Assembly: GCA_026770705.1 (NCBI GenBank)
Contig: JANJGN010000033.1
Span: forward strand, 9,362,001 to 9,426,000
Direction: 5' to 3'
Length of the DNA: 64,000 bases
DNA from: Isurus oxyrinchus
Taxonomy: Eukaryota
Both the position numbers and the translations under genes were made by a program. Numbering within the stretch: position 1 is the stretch's first letter; every line of letters starts with the position of its first letter. The notes beneath the pieces are model-generated. The model had not been told where the DNA came from. It ran no database searches and was given only the letters and a program-made list of their open reading frames with translations. Positions 1 to 12,346 of the stretch are shown one piece after another.

Positions 1-740
1 CCTGTTTCTGTAATCTCACAACCTACTCCAGTTAGGAAATCCCCTCCCCTCATCTGAGGCTGAGGCTGATTATTGTGCCCAGGACCAGCCTGAGTATCGA
101 CAGTGGAACCGGGACACTGGTAAGTGGGGGCAAGATGGGGGTGTTCAGAGAGAGGGGGATCACCGGGGATCAGGGGGCGTGGAGGGGGGCTGTGGGGGTA
201 CAATGGTGGTAACATTCAGCAGTACACTCTCTTCCTGAGGTCAGGTAGCTAGAGAAGGCACTCGGTGTCTGTGAATGAGGGTTATCCACCCATTCTTCAG
301 CCAGAAGTGCCGAGTGGATGATCCATCTCAGTCTCCTCCGCAGGTCCCAGCTTCACAGATACCAGTCTTCAGCCAATTTGATTCACCCCACATGATCTCA
401 AGAAACAGCTGAAGGCACCGGATGGAGCAGAGGCTATGGCAATAGTACTGAAGACTTGTTTCCCAGAACTAGCCATGCCCCAAGCCAAGTTGTCCGAGTA
501 CAGCTAAAACACGGGCATCGACCCGACAATCTAACATTCACACCACACAAGTGCCAGGCAATGGCCATCTCCAACAAGAGAGAATCGAGCCACATCCACC
601 ACATTAAAAGTTGACCTTCTGCACCATTGGAGCATCGTAACAGTGACTTCAATAAGATCATGGCTGGCCTGATTATCACCTTAATTATACTTTCATTCCG
701 CATATCGTGTGGCTCTCCTCAGGATTAAGCTTGTCGTAGT

Positions 741-1108
741 CCCTGGGGGAGACAGGAGTGTCAGTGTGGGAGACCCTGGGGGAGACAGGAGTGTCAGTGT
801 GGGAGACCCTGGGGAGACAGGAGTGTCAGTGTGGGAGACCCTGGGGAGACAGGAGAGTCAGTGTGGGAGACCCTGGGGGAGTCAGGAGTGTCAGTGTGGG
901 AGACCCTGGGGAGACAGGAGTGTCAGTGTGGGAGACCCTGGGGGAGACAGGAGTGTCAGTGTCGGAGACCCTGGGGGAGACAGGAGTGTCAGTGTGGGAG
1001 ACCCTGGGGGAGACAGGAGTGTCAGTGTGGGAGACCCTGGGGGAGACAGGAGTGTCAGTGTGGGAGACCCTGGGGGAGACAGAAGTGTCAGTGTGGGAGA
1101 TCCTGGGG
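741..1108. repeat. 33-bp minisatellite, about 11 units
   Basis: Unit ggagtgtcagtgtgggagaccctgggggagaca, with 32-bp (4 G) variants. Confidence 0.95.
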
Positions 1109-1456
1109 AGAGGCCGCTGAGACAATGCCAATTTGCATCCAATCAGTGGTGGTCGGTATAACTTCAGTAGTTTCCGGGTGTACAGGGCAGAGACAATGTA
1201 AATTCAAAAGGCAGCTGCAAACCTCCAACTGGCTCCACAGTGAAAATAACCTCATTTTCAATCTGTAAGGTGAAAAGCCTTTGCCTGGTGTTTGGTTTAG
1301 TCTATGGGTTGCTGCTGCCAGAATGGAGATAGCTGTAATCTGTAGCCCTGCTGATATATTTTACCCTGTGTAAATTAATGTAATGTTCGATTAGTTTAAC
1401 GTAAAACCTCGAGAACTGAAGGTGTCATTCCTGAATTTAGATTCACATCTCAAACA

Positions 1457-2190
1457 TCTCCTCCTGTCTCACCTCCTCTCATCTTCCCTCCTCTCCCCTC
1501 ATCACTCCTCACTCTGCCCTCCTCTCCCCTCACCTCTCCTCACTCTGCCCTCCTCCCCCTCACCTCTCCTCCCTCTGCTCTCCTCTCCCCTCACCTCTTC
1601 TCCCTCTGCCCTCCTCTCCTCTCACATCACCTCCATCTGCCCTCCTCTCTCCTCACCTCTCCTCCCTCTGCCCTCCTCTCCCCTCACCTCTCCTCCCTCT
1701 GCCCTCCTCTCCCCTCACCTCTCCTCCCTCTGCCCTCCTCTCCCCTCACCTCTCCTCCCTCTGCCCTCCTCTCCCCTCACCTCTTCTCCCTCTGCTCTCC
1801 TCTCCCCTCATCTCTCCTCCCTCTGCCCTCCTCTCCCCTCACCTCTCCTCCCTCTGCCCTCCTCTCCCCTCACCTCTCCACCCTCTGCCCTCCTCTCCCC
1901 TCACCTCTCCTCCCTCTGCCCTCCTCTATGTTCTCTTCTACACTCCTCTTATCTCCTCTCCTCTTTTCTACTTTCCTCTCTTCTCCTTTCGCCTCATCCT
2001 GTCTTGACTCGCCTCCTCGCCTCCTATCTTGTCTCATACCCTCTCCTCTTATCTCATCTCCTCCCCTCCTCTCCCCTCACCTCTCCTTTCCTTTCCTCCA
2101 CTCTCCTCTCTCCTCCTCTCCTCTTATCTCCCCTCAAACCCACACCTCTCCTCTCCTCCTCCGCTTCCCTCTCCAGCTCGAATCTCTCTC
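1457..2190. repeat. Polypyrimidine tract containing a 31-bp minisatellite (paralogues about 11340-11860 and 27185-27735)
   Basis: Unit cctctcccctcacctctcctccctctgccct; copy number differs among the three duplicons. Confidence 0.9.
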
Positions 2191-2637
2191 TGTTTATCTG
2201 TAAATGACCCCCTCCCACCCCTCACCCATTACAAACAGGGTCACAACACTGGATAATTGATGGGGTTTCCCAACAGTTTCATTCTAACCAAGGTTTCCAG
2301 ATGTTCCCCATCGATCGCTCCGGATTCACTGTCCATCCTCCACCCACAATGGCCTTGCTCCCTCCCTATCTCTGTAACCTCCTCCAGCCCTATCACCCTC
2401 TGAGATCTCTGCACTCCTCCAATACCTGTCACTTGGACATCCCCGAGTATAATCGCTCCACCATTGGCGGCCGTGCCTTCCCTTTGGAATTCCCTCCTTA
2501 ATCCGCTCCACCTCTCTCCCCTTCATCCTCAAAGCAATTCCTCACACCTCCTGATATTTCCTTTGGCACCGTGATCCTTTGGTGAAGGTGGTGGGGCACG
2601 AAGTCAGGGACAGGACAATAAGATAGGTTTTACTCAG

Positions 2638-2680
2638 CGGCGGAGAGGCACAGAACGATCAGAGAGAGAGCAGAGTCCAT
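2638..2680 (-). pseudogene. Leader exon with a dead donor (copy 1)
   Basis: ATG…MDSALSLIVLCLSA G|ctgagt, 43 nt like the functional leaders, but GT is replaced by CT. Confidence 0.75.
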
Positions 2681-2959
2681 TGGGGAGCCACACCTCACTC
2701 TGTGTGCCTGGAGGAGGCGCCACTGATCACAGGCTGATGAGACAATGTGTATAACACACAACCCACGAGCAGTTAGTTCTGTTTTTCTCAACTTCCTTCC
2801 ATTTCTGTCTCTGGGGAAAAACTATCTGCCAAATCATTTCCAACTTCCCTTTCAAAGTCCCAGCTGTCAAGCCTTTCGCCCTCTGCTGGCCGTGACATTT
2901 CTATAGACTCACACTTGAAACCTCAGGACACGAGCTTCTCAAGAATTCTGACACTGTAT

Positions 2960-3720
2960 CGCAACAGCCCTTATCAAAGTCACCAATGACATCCTGTGTG
3001 AGGGTGACTGAGGTAAACTTTCCCTCCTCCTCCTCCTCGGCCTGTCTGCAGCCTTTGACACGGTCGACCACACCATCCTCCTCCAACACCTCTCCACAGC
3101 CTGGATGGGATGGGACTGGTCTCCCCTGGTTCCAGTCTCACCTCTCCAATCGCAGCCAGAGATTCACTTGCAATGTCTCCCGTTCCTGTCCTCACACCGT
3201 GACCTCAGGTTTTCCCCAAGGATCTATCCTTGGCCCCTCCTATTCCTCATCTTCATTCTGCACCTTGGCAACATCACCTGAAAGCCCAGCGTTAGTCTTC
3301 ATGTGACCACTGATGACAGCCTGATCAACCTCGCCACCAGCTTTCTCGACCCCTCCACTGTCTGTAAATTATCATGCTCACCCGATAAACAGGAATTTCA
3401 TCCAGTTCAATATTGGGAAGTGTGAAACCACTGTTTTTGGTTCTGGTTACAATCTCCAGTCCCTAGCTACCAATCCCATCCCTCTCCCTGGAAACCGTCA
3501 CATTGACCCAGAGATGAGCTTCCAATGACAAGTCACTAAGACCACCTATTTTCACCTCCGTAACACCACCCAATTCCACCCCATATCAGCTCATCGGCTG
3601 CTGAGACCCTCACTGATGCCTCTTTACCTTGAGGCTTGAGTATTCCAAGTCATTCCTGGCTGGTCTCCCACATTGCACTGTCTGTAAATTTGAGGCTATA
3701 TCCAATCTCTGCTGTCCTCA
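2960..3720 (+). mobile_element. Decayed L2-like LINE RT fragment (paralogues about 12625-13385 and 28500-29260)
   Basis: TALIKVTNDIL, LSAAFDTVDHTILL, GFPQGSILGP remnants across frames. Confidence 0.8.
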
Positions 3721-5609
3721 GTCACAGCACTGGTGAACCTTGGGTCTAACCAAAATAAATGTAAAAAGCTAAAGACCAGGATTGTTGCAAAACAGGGTTT
3801 TGACTCACGATCGCCTATTTTATTACTCTTGAAAACTGTGGTAACAAAATCCCTATGTGTTATTAAGAAATTGCTAAAAGAAAGACCTTACAAATCTCTA
3901 CTCCCTCCTTGGTTCACCCCAGAGAGGTAAAAGGGGCAGATGACATTTATGGTATATGTTGGGTTGGTGCCAGAGATGTTAGTAAGGTCAGGTTGCATTA
4001 GTTACACAGTTGAAATGTTTGGTAAATGTAGCGATTCCTTTCAGGCCATTTCCCTCACATCAGTTGATTGCCCTGTGATTGGTTATCCTTAGAGAATCAG
4101 AATTAGGCCTCCAATTTCAACATTGCTACAGTCACCCTGCAACTATATGTGGGTGTAAAGAAAGACAGATAAAAGCTTCATTTATGTAGCAACTTTCACA
4201 ATGTCTCAAGTTGCATTAGCGCCAATGAAGCATTTAAGTTGTGAAAGTCACTGGCATAAGGTAAGCAGAGCAGGCTCGAGGGGCCGAATGGCCCACTCCT
4301 GCTCCTAATACATTCATGTATGCATCATTCAGATGGATGAAATGAGCTGTGCTAGATGGCTTCTGTTATCCGTAATCATGTTGTGAACAGAGGGTGGAAT
4401 CATGGCTGGAGTTCTGTTGATTTAGTTGCAAATGGAGGTTTACTGAGTAGGCTGTGTGGGGTGAGATTGCCAGGACAGGAGTGTGTAATGGTCTCAGAGT
4501 GAATCAGTAACCTGTTTCACTGCACATGATTCTCAAGAGGCTTTTCCATTGATTTAATTTTGTCCATTTGTCTAATTACCCAGTAGCCCACAGTATCTTG
4601 GTGCTGTCATGAGTTTTTTGAGCTGTTGAAATATGTGATAAAGTTGTGTTACATAGTAAATATTGAAACTTTATTGAAGAGAGAAGCAGCAAACAGCAGT
4701 GTCTTCAGACTTGCTGATCAAGAAAACACAGGGACAATTGTGAACCAGTTACTCTTTGCCCTGAGGCCCCATAAATGTTGTGCTGCACAGAGACACCAGA
4801 GGGCTCCAATTCTTCTCACTGACCCAAGTTGTTCAATCATCCCACATATGCTGCTCAGGGCTTGTTTGATTTTTCTACCGTGTGAGATACCTTTTAAAAT
4901 AGAATCCAATTACATCCCTTCTATGAAATAATTATATTGAATAAAATCTATTTTATGCATCTCTGGGATGTGAGCTTCACTGGCTGCGCCAACATTTATT
5001 GCCCATCCCTAGTTGCCCTTGAGAAGGTGGTGATGAGCTGCCTTCTTGAGCTGCCGCAGTACATTGTGTAGATGCACCCGCCGGGCTGTTCAGGAGGGAG
5101 TTCCGGGATTTTGACCCAGCGACAGTGAAGGAACGGTGATATATTTCCAAGTCAGGATGGAGAGTGGACTTGGAGGGGAGCTCCCAGTGGTGATGTTCCC
5201 CATTTGTCTGCTGACCTTGACCTTCTAGATGGTAGTGCTCGTGGGTTTGGAAGGTGCTGTCGAAGGAGCCACTGGGATATTTTCCTGTCAAATTAATAAA
5301 ATTGCATGATGCTGTTGAAGTAAAATTTGTGCACTCTGCTTAATAGTCATGGTGGGATCACCTATACGATGTACTCAAACTAACACAGCGTTATATTGCT
5401 GCTACTCTCAATATTAACTAGCCTTGCTGCATAGATATCGAGCGGCATTTTTAACCCGATGCCAACAATGGGCTTTATCATTTTGCTAGCACCTTCCTGT
5501 CATTGTTTGGTGACTTGGTCGGTGAATCTCGGAAGGGGGATAAAATATCAGGAATAGTGGGAGGGGAGGGTTAAAGAGGTGGCAGGGTGTTGTGGGTGAG
5601 GTGGGTGGA

Positions 5610-5970
5610 ATGAAAATGCAAACACTCTGGGAAACAGGTTCGAATCCCATCTGGGCAGGTGGTGGAATTCGAATGCAATTAATTAATGAAGTCTGGAATC
5701 TAAATCTAGTCTCGGGAATGGTGACCATGAATTTGTCATCAATTATTGTAAAAACCCCTCTGGGTCACTAATGCCCCTAAGGGAAGGAAATCTGCCATCC
5801 TTACCGGGTCTGGCCTTCCTGTGACTCCAGACCCACAATAAGCAGTTGAATTTTAACTGCCCTATGCATTGGCTGAGCAAGCCCCTCCTTTGAAGGGGCA
5901 ATTAGGGATGGGCAACAAATGCTGACCTTCCCAGTGAAGACCACATCCTGTGAAAGAGTGAAAAATAAAC
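5610..5970 (+). mobile_element. tRNA-derived SINE (paralogues about 15275-15635 and 31150-31510)
   Basis: B-box GGTTCGAATCC at 5637-5647, a central body, and a 3' tail (gggcaattagggatgggcaa) shared with the LINE at 46200-46800. Confidence 0.75.
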
Positions 5971-6714
5971 AAATAAGGGGCCTGCAAACAGGAGAAGAGC
6001 CGTGGCCCGTGACTTTTCTCTCTGGCTCTGGGTTCATGGCAGAGCTGACACTCCACAGAATTTAAATTACCACAAAAAAAAATTTAGCAGCAAACAGAGA
6101 CTATTTCACCACAGAAATGTACAGCATTAGAGTTTATTTACTCAGCGAACAGGGTCTGTTATTTATATTCTTTTACAGCATGTGGGCATCGCTGGCTAGG
6201 CCAGCATTTATTGCCCATCACTAATTGCCCCTTGAGAAGGTGCTGGTGAGATGCTTTCTTGTGACGCTGAACCCTATGGGGTGTAGGTACACCCACACTG
6301 CTGTTAGGGACGGAGCTCCATGATTTTGACCCAGTTGGTTTCAATTCTGCACTAAAGCAAGTCTTCACCAGCGTCTGCTTCAAAAGGAGGTTATAATTAG
6401 TTCAGAAAAGTGTGGTCTGCTAACGATGTGGCTCCTTCATATGATAATGAGTGATCCGGCAAAATTGCAGGGCCCAGCACATCAGGACATATGGCCCTCA
6501 GTCACAGATTCTGACTGGTGACTTCAGTTTGATCCACTCGTCTCTCGTTTGGTCTGTTCCCAGAACCTTCGATCGGGAGAATCTGAAATTGATAACACAG
6601 GTTTATAGCAGCGAAACTCCCATGTGAAAGGACTGAGGCAACAACCAGGAATTCCAATAGACCAGAAGGAGGGACACTCAATGCTTGCAACTTTCACTCA
6701 TGAGATGTTAGCAT

Positions 6715-7860
6715 TACTGGCTCAGCCAATCTTTATTGCCCATCCCTAATTGCCCTTGAGAAGGTGGTGGTGAAGCTCCTTCTTGAACCACTGCAGTCCG
6801 TGTGGTGTAGGTACACCCACAGTGCTGTTAAGGAGGGAATACCAGGATTTTAACCCAGAGAGAGTGAAAGAATGGTGATATATTTCCAAGGCAGGATGGT
6901 GAGTGACTTGGAAGGGAACAGGCAATTGGTGGTGTTCCCATGCATCTGCTGCTCTTGTCTATTTTGGTGGTTGAGGTTTCCTGTTTCGAACTTCAGTTAA
7001 AGGGACCTTGGGGAGTTGCTGCAGTGCATCTTGTAGATGGTACACACTGATGTCTCTGTGTGTCAGTGGTGGAGGCATTCAATGTTTTTGGATATGGTGC
7101 CAATCAAGCAGGGCTGCTTTGTACTGGAGGCTGTGGCGCTTCTTGAGTGTTGTGGGAGCTGAGCTCATCCAGGCAAGTGGAGAGTATTCCATCAGACTCC
7201 TGACTTGTAGATGGTGTGCTGCCTTCGAGGAGTCAGAAGGTGAGTTACTTGCTGCAGAATTCCTAACCTGCTCTTGTAGCCACAGTGTTTATATGGCAGG
7301 GTCAGTTTAATTCTCATCAATAATAACACCCAGGAAGTTGATAGTGGGGGACTCAGCAATGGAAACATCATTAAATGTCAAGGGGGTGCTGGTTAGACTC
7401 TATCTTATTTGAGATGGTCATTGCCTGGCACTGGTGTGGCACGAATGTTACTTGCCACACACCAGCCCAAGCCTGAATGGTCTCCATGTCTTGCACCATG
7501 AAGGTGTCATCAGCATCTGTACCTGAGGAGCTGTGAATGGTGCTGACCATTGTGCAGTCACCAGTGACCATCCCCACCTCTGACTTCTGGATGGAAGGAA
7601 GGTCATTGAAGAAGCAGCTGAAGATGTTTGGCCCTCGGGCACATCCCTGTGGAATGCCTGCATCGAGGACCTGGGATTGGGAACCACCACCACCTTCCTT
7701 TGTGCTCGATGTGACTCTATCCAGTGGAGAGATTCCCTAGTGCTCCTTGATGTCACACTCGGTCAAATGTTACCCTCATCTCAAGAGCAGTCACTCTCAC
7801 CTCAGCTCTGGAATTCAGCTCTGTTATCCAGGTTTGGAGCAAGGCTGGAATGAGGACAGG
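6715..7860 (-). mobile_element. LINE 3' fragment (RT and tail); paralogues about 16380-17530 and 32260-33400
   Basis: GIPQG…GPNIFSCFFNDLPS, IQAWAGVWQVTFVPHQCQAMTISNK; 3' tail gggcaattagggatgggcaataaa. Clade not determined. Confidence 0.85.
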
Positions 7861-7993
7861 AACTCAGTTATACAGAGACTCTGACTGTCCACTGGGGTGG
7901 GCTCCAGATTGATTGAGAGGCCATGTCTCATTATCTTTAAAACAAACATTATGTTTATCTACATCACAGGAAATATTGATGATATCACAGAAC

Positions 7994-8192
7994 TCAGATT
8001 ACCGTAACTTCTCTGCTCTTCATCAGATAAATTCCGACCAGCCAGACAATCGCCAGCATTCCCAGAGCGAGAACGGACCGGATGATCAGGATTACACCCT
8101 GGCCCGGTTTGTCTTCATCTTCCCCAGTGAGCTCTGATGTTGCTGCAGTCACTGAGGGGTTAACGGGGCTGGTGAGGGTGTGGGTCCCTGTC
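7994..8192 (-). pseudogene. Orphan stalk/TM exon with a 1-nt frameshift and no V exon of its own
   Basis: Near-identical to the gene A and B TM exons with an intact acceptor. It is 199 nt (4 G instead of 5 at 8156-8159), so the normal phase reads GQGPTPSPAPLTPQ* (stop 8151-8149). Confidence 0.8.
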
Positions 8193-8287
8193 CTGTGAAA
8201 TACAGGAATGGAAAGCAATGATGTGGAAACAGGAACACGGACACAAACCAGGAACAGAGTGTGATGGGAAACAGGGGAAATAGTCCC

Positions 8288-10990
8288 AGTGTCAGAAACC
8301 CTGGGAGACAGGATTGTCAGTGTGGGAGACCCTGGGGGAGACAGGAGTGTCAGTGTGGGAGACCCTGGGGAGATAGGAGAGTCAGTGTGGGAGACCCTTG
8401 GGGAGTCAGGAGTGCCAGTGTGGAAGACTCTTGGGAAGACACGAGTGTCAGTTTGGGAGACCCTGGGGGAGACAGGAGTGTCAGTATGGGAGACACTGGG
8501 GAGTCAGGAGTGTCAGTGTGGGAGACCATGGGGGAGACAGGAGTGTCAGTGTGGGAGACACTGGGGGAGAAAGGAGTGTCAGTGTGGGAGACCCTGGGGG
8601 AGACAGGAGTGTCAGTGTGGGAGGCCCTGGGGAGACAGGAGTGTCAGTGTGGGAGACCCTGGGGGACACAGGAGTGTCAGTGTGGGAGACCCTGGGGGAG
8701 ACAGGAGTGTCAGTGTGGGAGACCCTGGGGCAGACAGGAGTGTCAGTGTGGGAGACCCTGGGGGAGACAGGAGTGTCAGTGTGGGAGACCCTGGGGAGAC
8801 AGGAGTGTCAGTGTGGGAGACCCTGGGGGAGACAGGAGTGTCAGTGTGGGAGACCCTGGGGAGACAGGAGTGTCAGTGTGGGAGACCCTGGGGGAGACAG
8901 GAGTGTCAGTGTGGGAGACTTTGGGGGAGACAGGAGTGTCAGTGTGGGAGACCCCGGGGCAGACAGGAGTGTCAGTGTGGGAGACCCTGGGGGAGACAGG
9001 AGTGTCAGTGTGGGAGACCCTGGGGAGACAGGAGTGTCAGTGTGGGAGACCCTGGGGGAGACAGGAGTGTCAGTGTGGGAGACCCTGGGGGAGTCAGGAG
9101 TGTCAGTGTGGGAGACTTTGGGAGAGACAGGAGTGTCAGTGTGGGAGACCCTGGGGGAGACAGGAGAGTCAGTGTGGGAGACTTTGGGGGAGACAGGAGT
9201 GTCAGTGTGGGAGACCCTGGGGGAGACAGGAGTGTCAGTGTGGGAGGCCCTGGGGAGACAGGAGTGTCAGTGTGGGAGACCCTGGGGGACACAGGAGAGT
9301 CAGTGTGGGAGACCCTGGGGGAGACAGGAGTGTCAGTGTGGAAGACTCTTGGGGAGACACAGGTGTCAGTGTGGAAGACCCTGGGGGAGACACGAGTGTC
9401 AGTGTGGGAGACCCTGGGGGAGACAGGAGTGTCTGTGTGGGAGACCCTGGGGGAGACAGGAGTGTCAGTGTGGGAGACCATGGGGAGACAGGAGTGTCAG
9501 TGTGGGAGACCCTGGGGGAGACAGGAGTGTCAGTGTGGGAGGCCCTGGGGAGACAGGAGTGTCAGTGTGGGAGACCCTGGGGGAGACAGGAGTGTCAGTG
9601 TGGGAGACCCTGGGGGAGACAGGAGTGTCAGTGTGGGAGACCCTGGGGCAGACAGGAGTGTCAGTGTGGGAGACCCTGGGGGAGACACGAGTGTCAGTGT
9701 GGGAGGCCCTGGGGAGACAGGAGTGTCAGTGTGGGAGACCCTGGGGGAGACAGGAGTGTCAGTGTGGGAGACCCTGGGGAGTCAGGAGTGTCAGTGTGGG
9801 AGACTTTGGGGGAGACAGGAGTGTCAGTGTGGGAGACCCTGGGGGAGACAGGAGTGTCAGTGTGGGAGGCCCTGGGGAGACAGGAGTGTCAGTGTGGGAG
9901 ACCCTGGGGGACACAGGAGAGTCAGTGTGGGAGACCCTGGGGGAGACAGGAGTGTCAGTGTGGAAGACTCTTGGGGAGACACGAGTGTCAGTGTGGGAGA
10001 CCCTGGGGGAGACACGAGTGTCAGTGTGGGAGACCCTGGGGGAGACAGGAGTGTCAGTGTGGGAGGCCCTGGGGAGACAGGAGTGTCAGTGTGGGAGACC
10101 CTGGGGGAGACAGGAGTGTCAGTGTGGGAGACCCTGGGGGAGACAGGAGTGTCAGTGTGGAAGACTCTTGGGGAGACACGAGTGTCAGTGTGGGAGACCC
10201 TGGGGAGACACGAGTGTCAGTGTGGGAGACCCTGGGGGAGACAGGAGTGTCTGTGTGGGAGACCCTGGGGGAGACAGGAGTGTCAGTGTGGGAGACCATG
10301 GGGAGACAGGAGTGTCAGTGTGGGAGACTTTGGGGGAGACAGGAGTGTCAGTGTGGGAGACCCTGGGGGAGACAGGAGTGTCAGTTTGGGAGACCCTGGG
10401 GGAGACAGGAGTGTCAGTGTGGGAGACCCTGGGGGAGACAGGAGTGTCAGTGTGGGAGACCCTGGGGGAGACAGGAGTGTCAGTGTGTGAGACCCTGGGG
10501 GAGACAGGAATGTCAGTCTGGGAGACCCTGGGGGAGACAGGAGTGTCAGTGTGGGAGACCCTGGGGAGACAGGAGTGTCAGTGTGGGAGACCCTGGGGAG
10601 ACAGGAGTGTCAGTGTGGGAGACCCTGGGGAGACAGGAGTGTCAGTGTGGGAGACCCTGGGGGAGACAGGAGTGTCTGTGTGGGAGACCCTGGGGGAGAC
10701 AGGAGTGTCAGTGTGGGAGACCATGGGGAGACAGGAGTGTCAGTGTGGGAGACTTTGGGGGAGTCAGGAGTGTCAGTGTGGGAGACCCTGGGGGAGACAG
10801 GAGTGTCAGTGTGGGAGACCCTGGGGGAGACAGGAGTGTCAGTGTGGGAGACCCTGGGGGAGACAGGAGTGTCAGTGTGGGAGACCCTGGGGGAGACAGG
10901 AGTGTCAGTGTGGGAGACCCTGGGGAGACAGGAGTGTCAGTGTGGGAGACCCTGGGGGAGACAGGAGTGTCAGTGTGGGAGACCCTGTGG
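8288..10990. repeat. 33-bp minisatellite, about 82 units (hybrid-flank array)
   Basis: Same unit; source of the spurious 700-900 aa ORFs. Confidence 0.97.
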
Positions 10991-12303
10991 AGAGGCCGCT
11001 GAGACAATGCCAATTTGCATCCAATCAGTGGTGGTCGGTATAACTTCAGTAGTTTCCGGGTGTACAGGGCAGAGACAATGTAAATTCAAAAGGCAGCTGC
11101 AAACCTCCAACTGGCTCCACAGTGAAAATAACTTCATTTTCAATCTGTAAATTGAAAAGGCTTTGCCTGGTGTTTGGTTTAGTCTATGGGTTGCTGCTGC
11201 CAGAATGGAGATAGCTGTAATCTGTAGCCCTGCTGATATATTTTACCCTGTGTAAATTAATGTAATGTTCGATTAGTTTAATGTAAAACCTCGAGAACTG
11301 AAGGTGTCATTCCTGAATTTAGATTCACATCTCAAACATCTCCTCCCGTCTCACCTCCTCTCATCTTCCCTCCTCTCCCCTCATCACTCCTCACTCTACC
11401 CTCCTCTCCCCTCACCTCTCCTTACTCTGCCCTCCTCTCCCCTCACCTCTCCTCCCTCTGCCCTCCTCTCCCCTCTCCTCTCCACCCTCTGCTCTCCTCT
11501 CCCCTCACCTCTCCTCCCTCTGCCCTCCTCTCCCCTCACCTCTCCTCCCTCTGCCCTCCTCTCCCCTCACCTCACCTCCCTCTGCTCTCCTCTATGTTCT
11601 CTTCTACACTCCTCTTATCTCCTCTCCTCTTTTCTACTTTCCTCTCTTCTCCTTTCGCCTCATCCTGTCTTGACTCGCCTCCTCACCTCCTATCTTGTCT
11701 CATACCCTCTCCTCTTATCTCATCTCCTCCCCTCTCCTCCCCTCACCTCTCCTTTCCTTTCCTCCACTCTCCTCTCACCTCCTCTCCTCTTATCTCCCCT
11801 CAAACCCACACCACTCCTCTCCTCCACTGCTTCCCTCTCCAGCTCGAATCTCTCTCTGTTTATCTGTAAATGACCCCCTCCCACCCCTCACCCATTACAA
11901 ACAGGGTCACAACACTGGATAATTGATGGGGTTTCCCAACAGTTTCATTCTAACCAAGGTTTCCAGATGTTCCCCATCGATCGCTCCAAATTCACTGTCC
12001 ATCCTCCACCCACAATGGCCTTGCTCCCTCCCTATCTCTGTAACCTCCTCCAGCCCTATCACCCTCTGAGATCTCTGCACTCCTCCAATACCTGTCACTT
12101 GGACATCCCCGAGTATAATCGCTCCACCATTGGCGGCAGTGCCTTCTCTTTGCAATTCCCTCCTTAATCCGCTCCACCTCTCTCCCCTTCATGCTCAGAG
12201 CAATTCCTCACAGCTCCTGATATTTCCTTTGGCACTGTGATCCTTTGGTGAAGGTGGTGGGGCACGAAGTCAGGGACAGGACAATAACATAGGTTTTACT
12301 CAG

Positions 12304-12346
12304 CGGCGGAGAGGCACAGAACGATCAGAGAGAGAGCAGAGTCCAT
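12304..12346 (-). pseudogene. Leader exon with a dead donor (copy 2)
   Basis: Same sequence as 2638-2680. It is visible at the end of ORF 12296..12535 (…MDSALSLIVLCLSAAE*). Confidence 0.75.

Larger units (their letters stand above)
1109..8290. repeat. Segmental duplication unit (about 7 kb), copy 1
   Basis: Starts agaggccgctgagacaatgcc. The same ordered ORF set recurs in all three copies. The match to copy 3 extends further: 1-8300 corresponds to 25602-33845. Confidence 0.95.

Noticed and set aside
1422-2207. 261-aa Leu/Ser/Pro-rich ORF and its paralogues
   Set aside because: Translation of a polypyrimidine minisatellite.
5630-5660. tRNA gene
   Set aside because: Only a B-box within a SINE head; no cloverleaf.
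8288-10990. CRISPR-like array
   Set aside because: Units are contiguous with no unique spacers, there are no cas genes, and the context is vertebrate.
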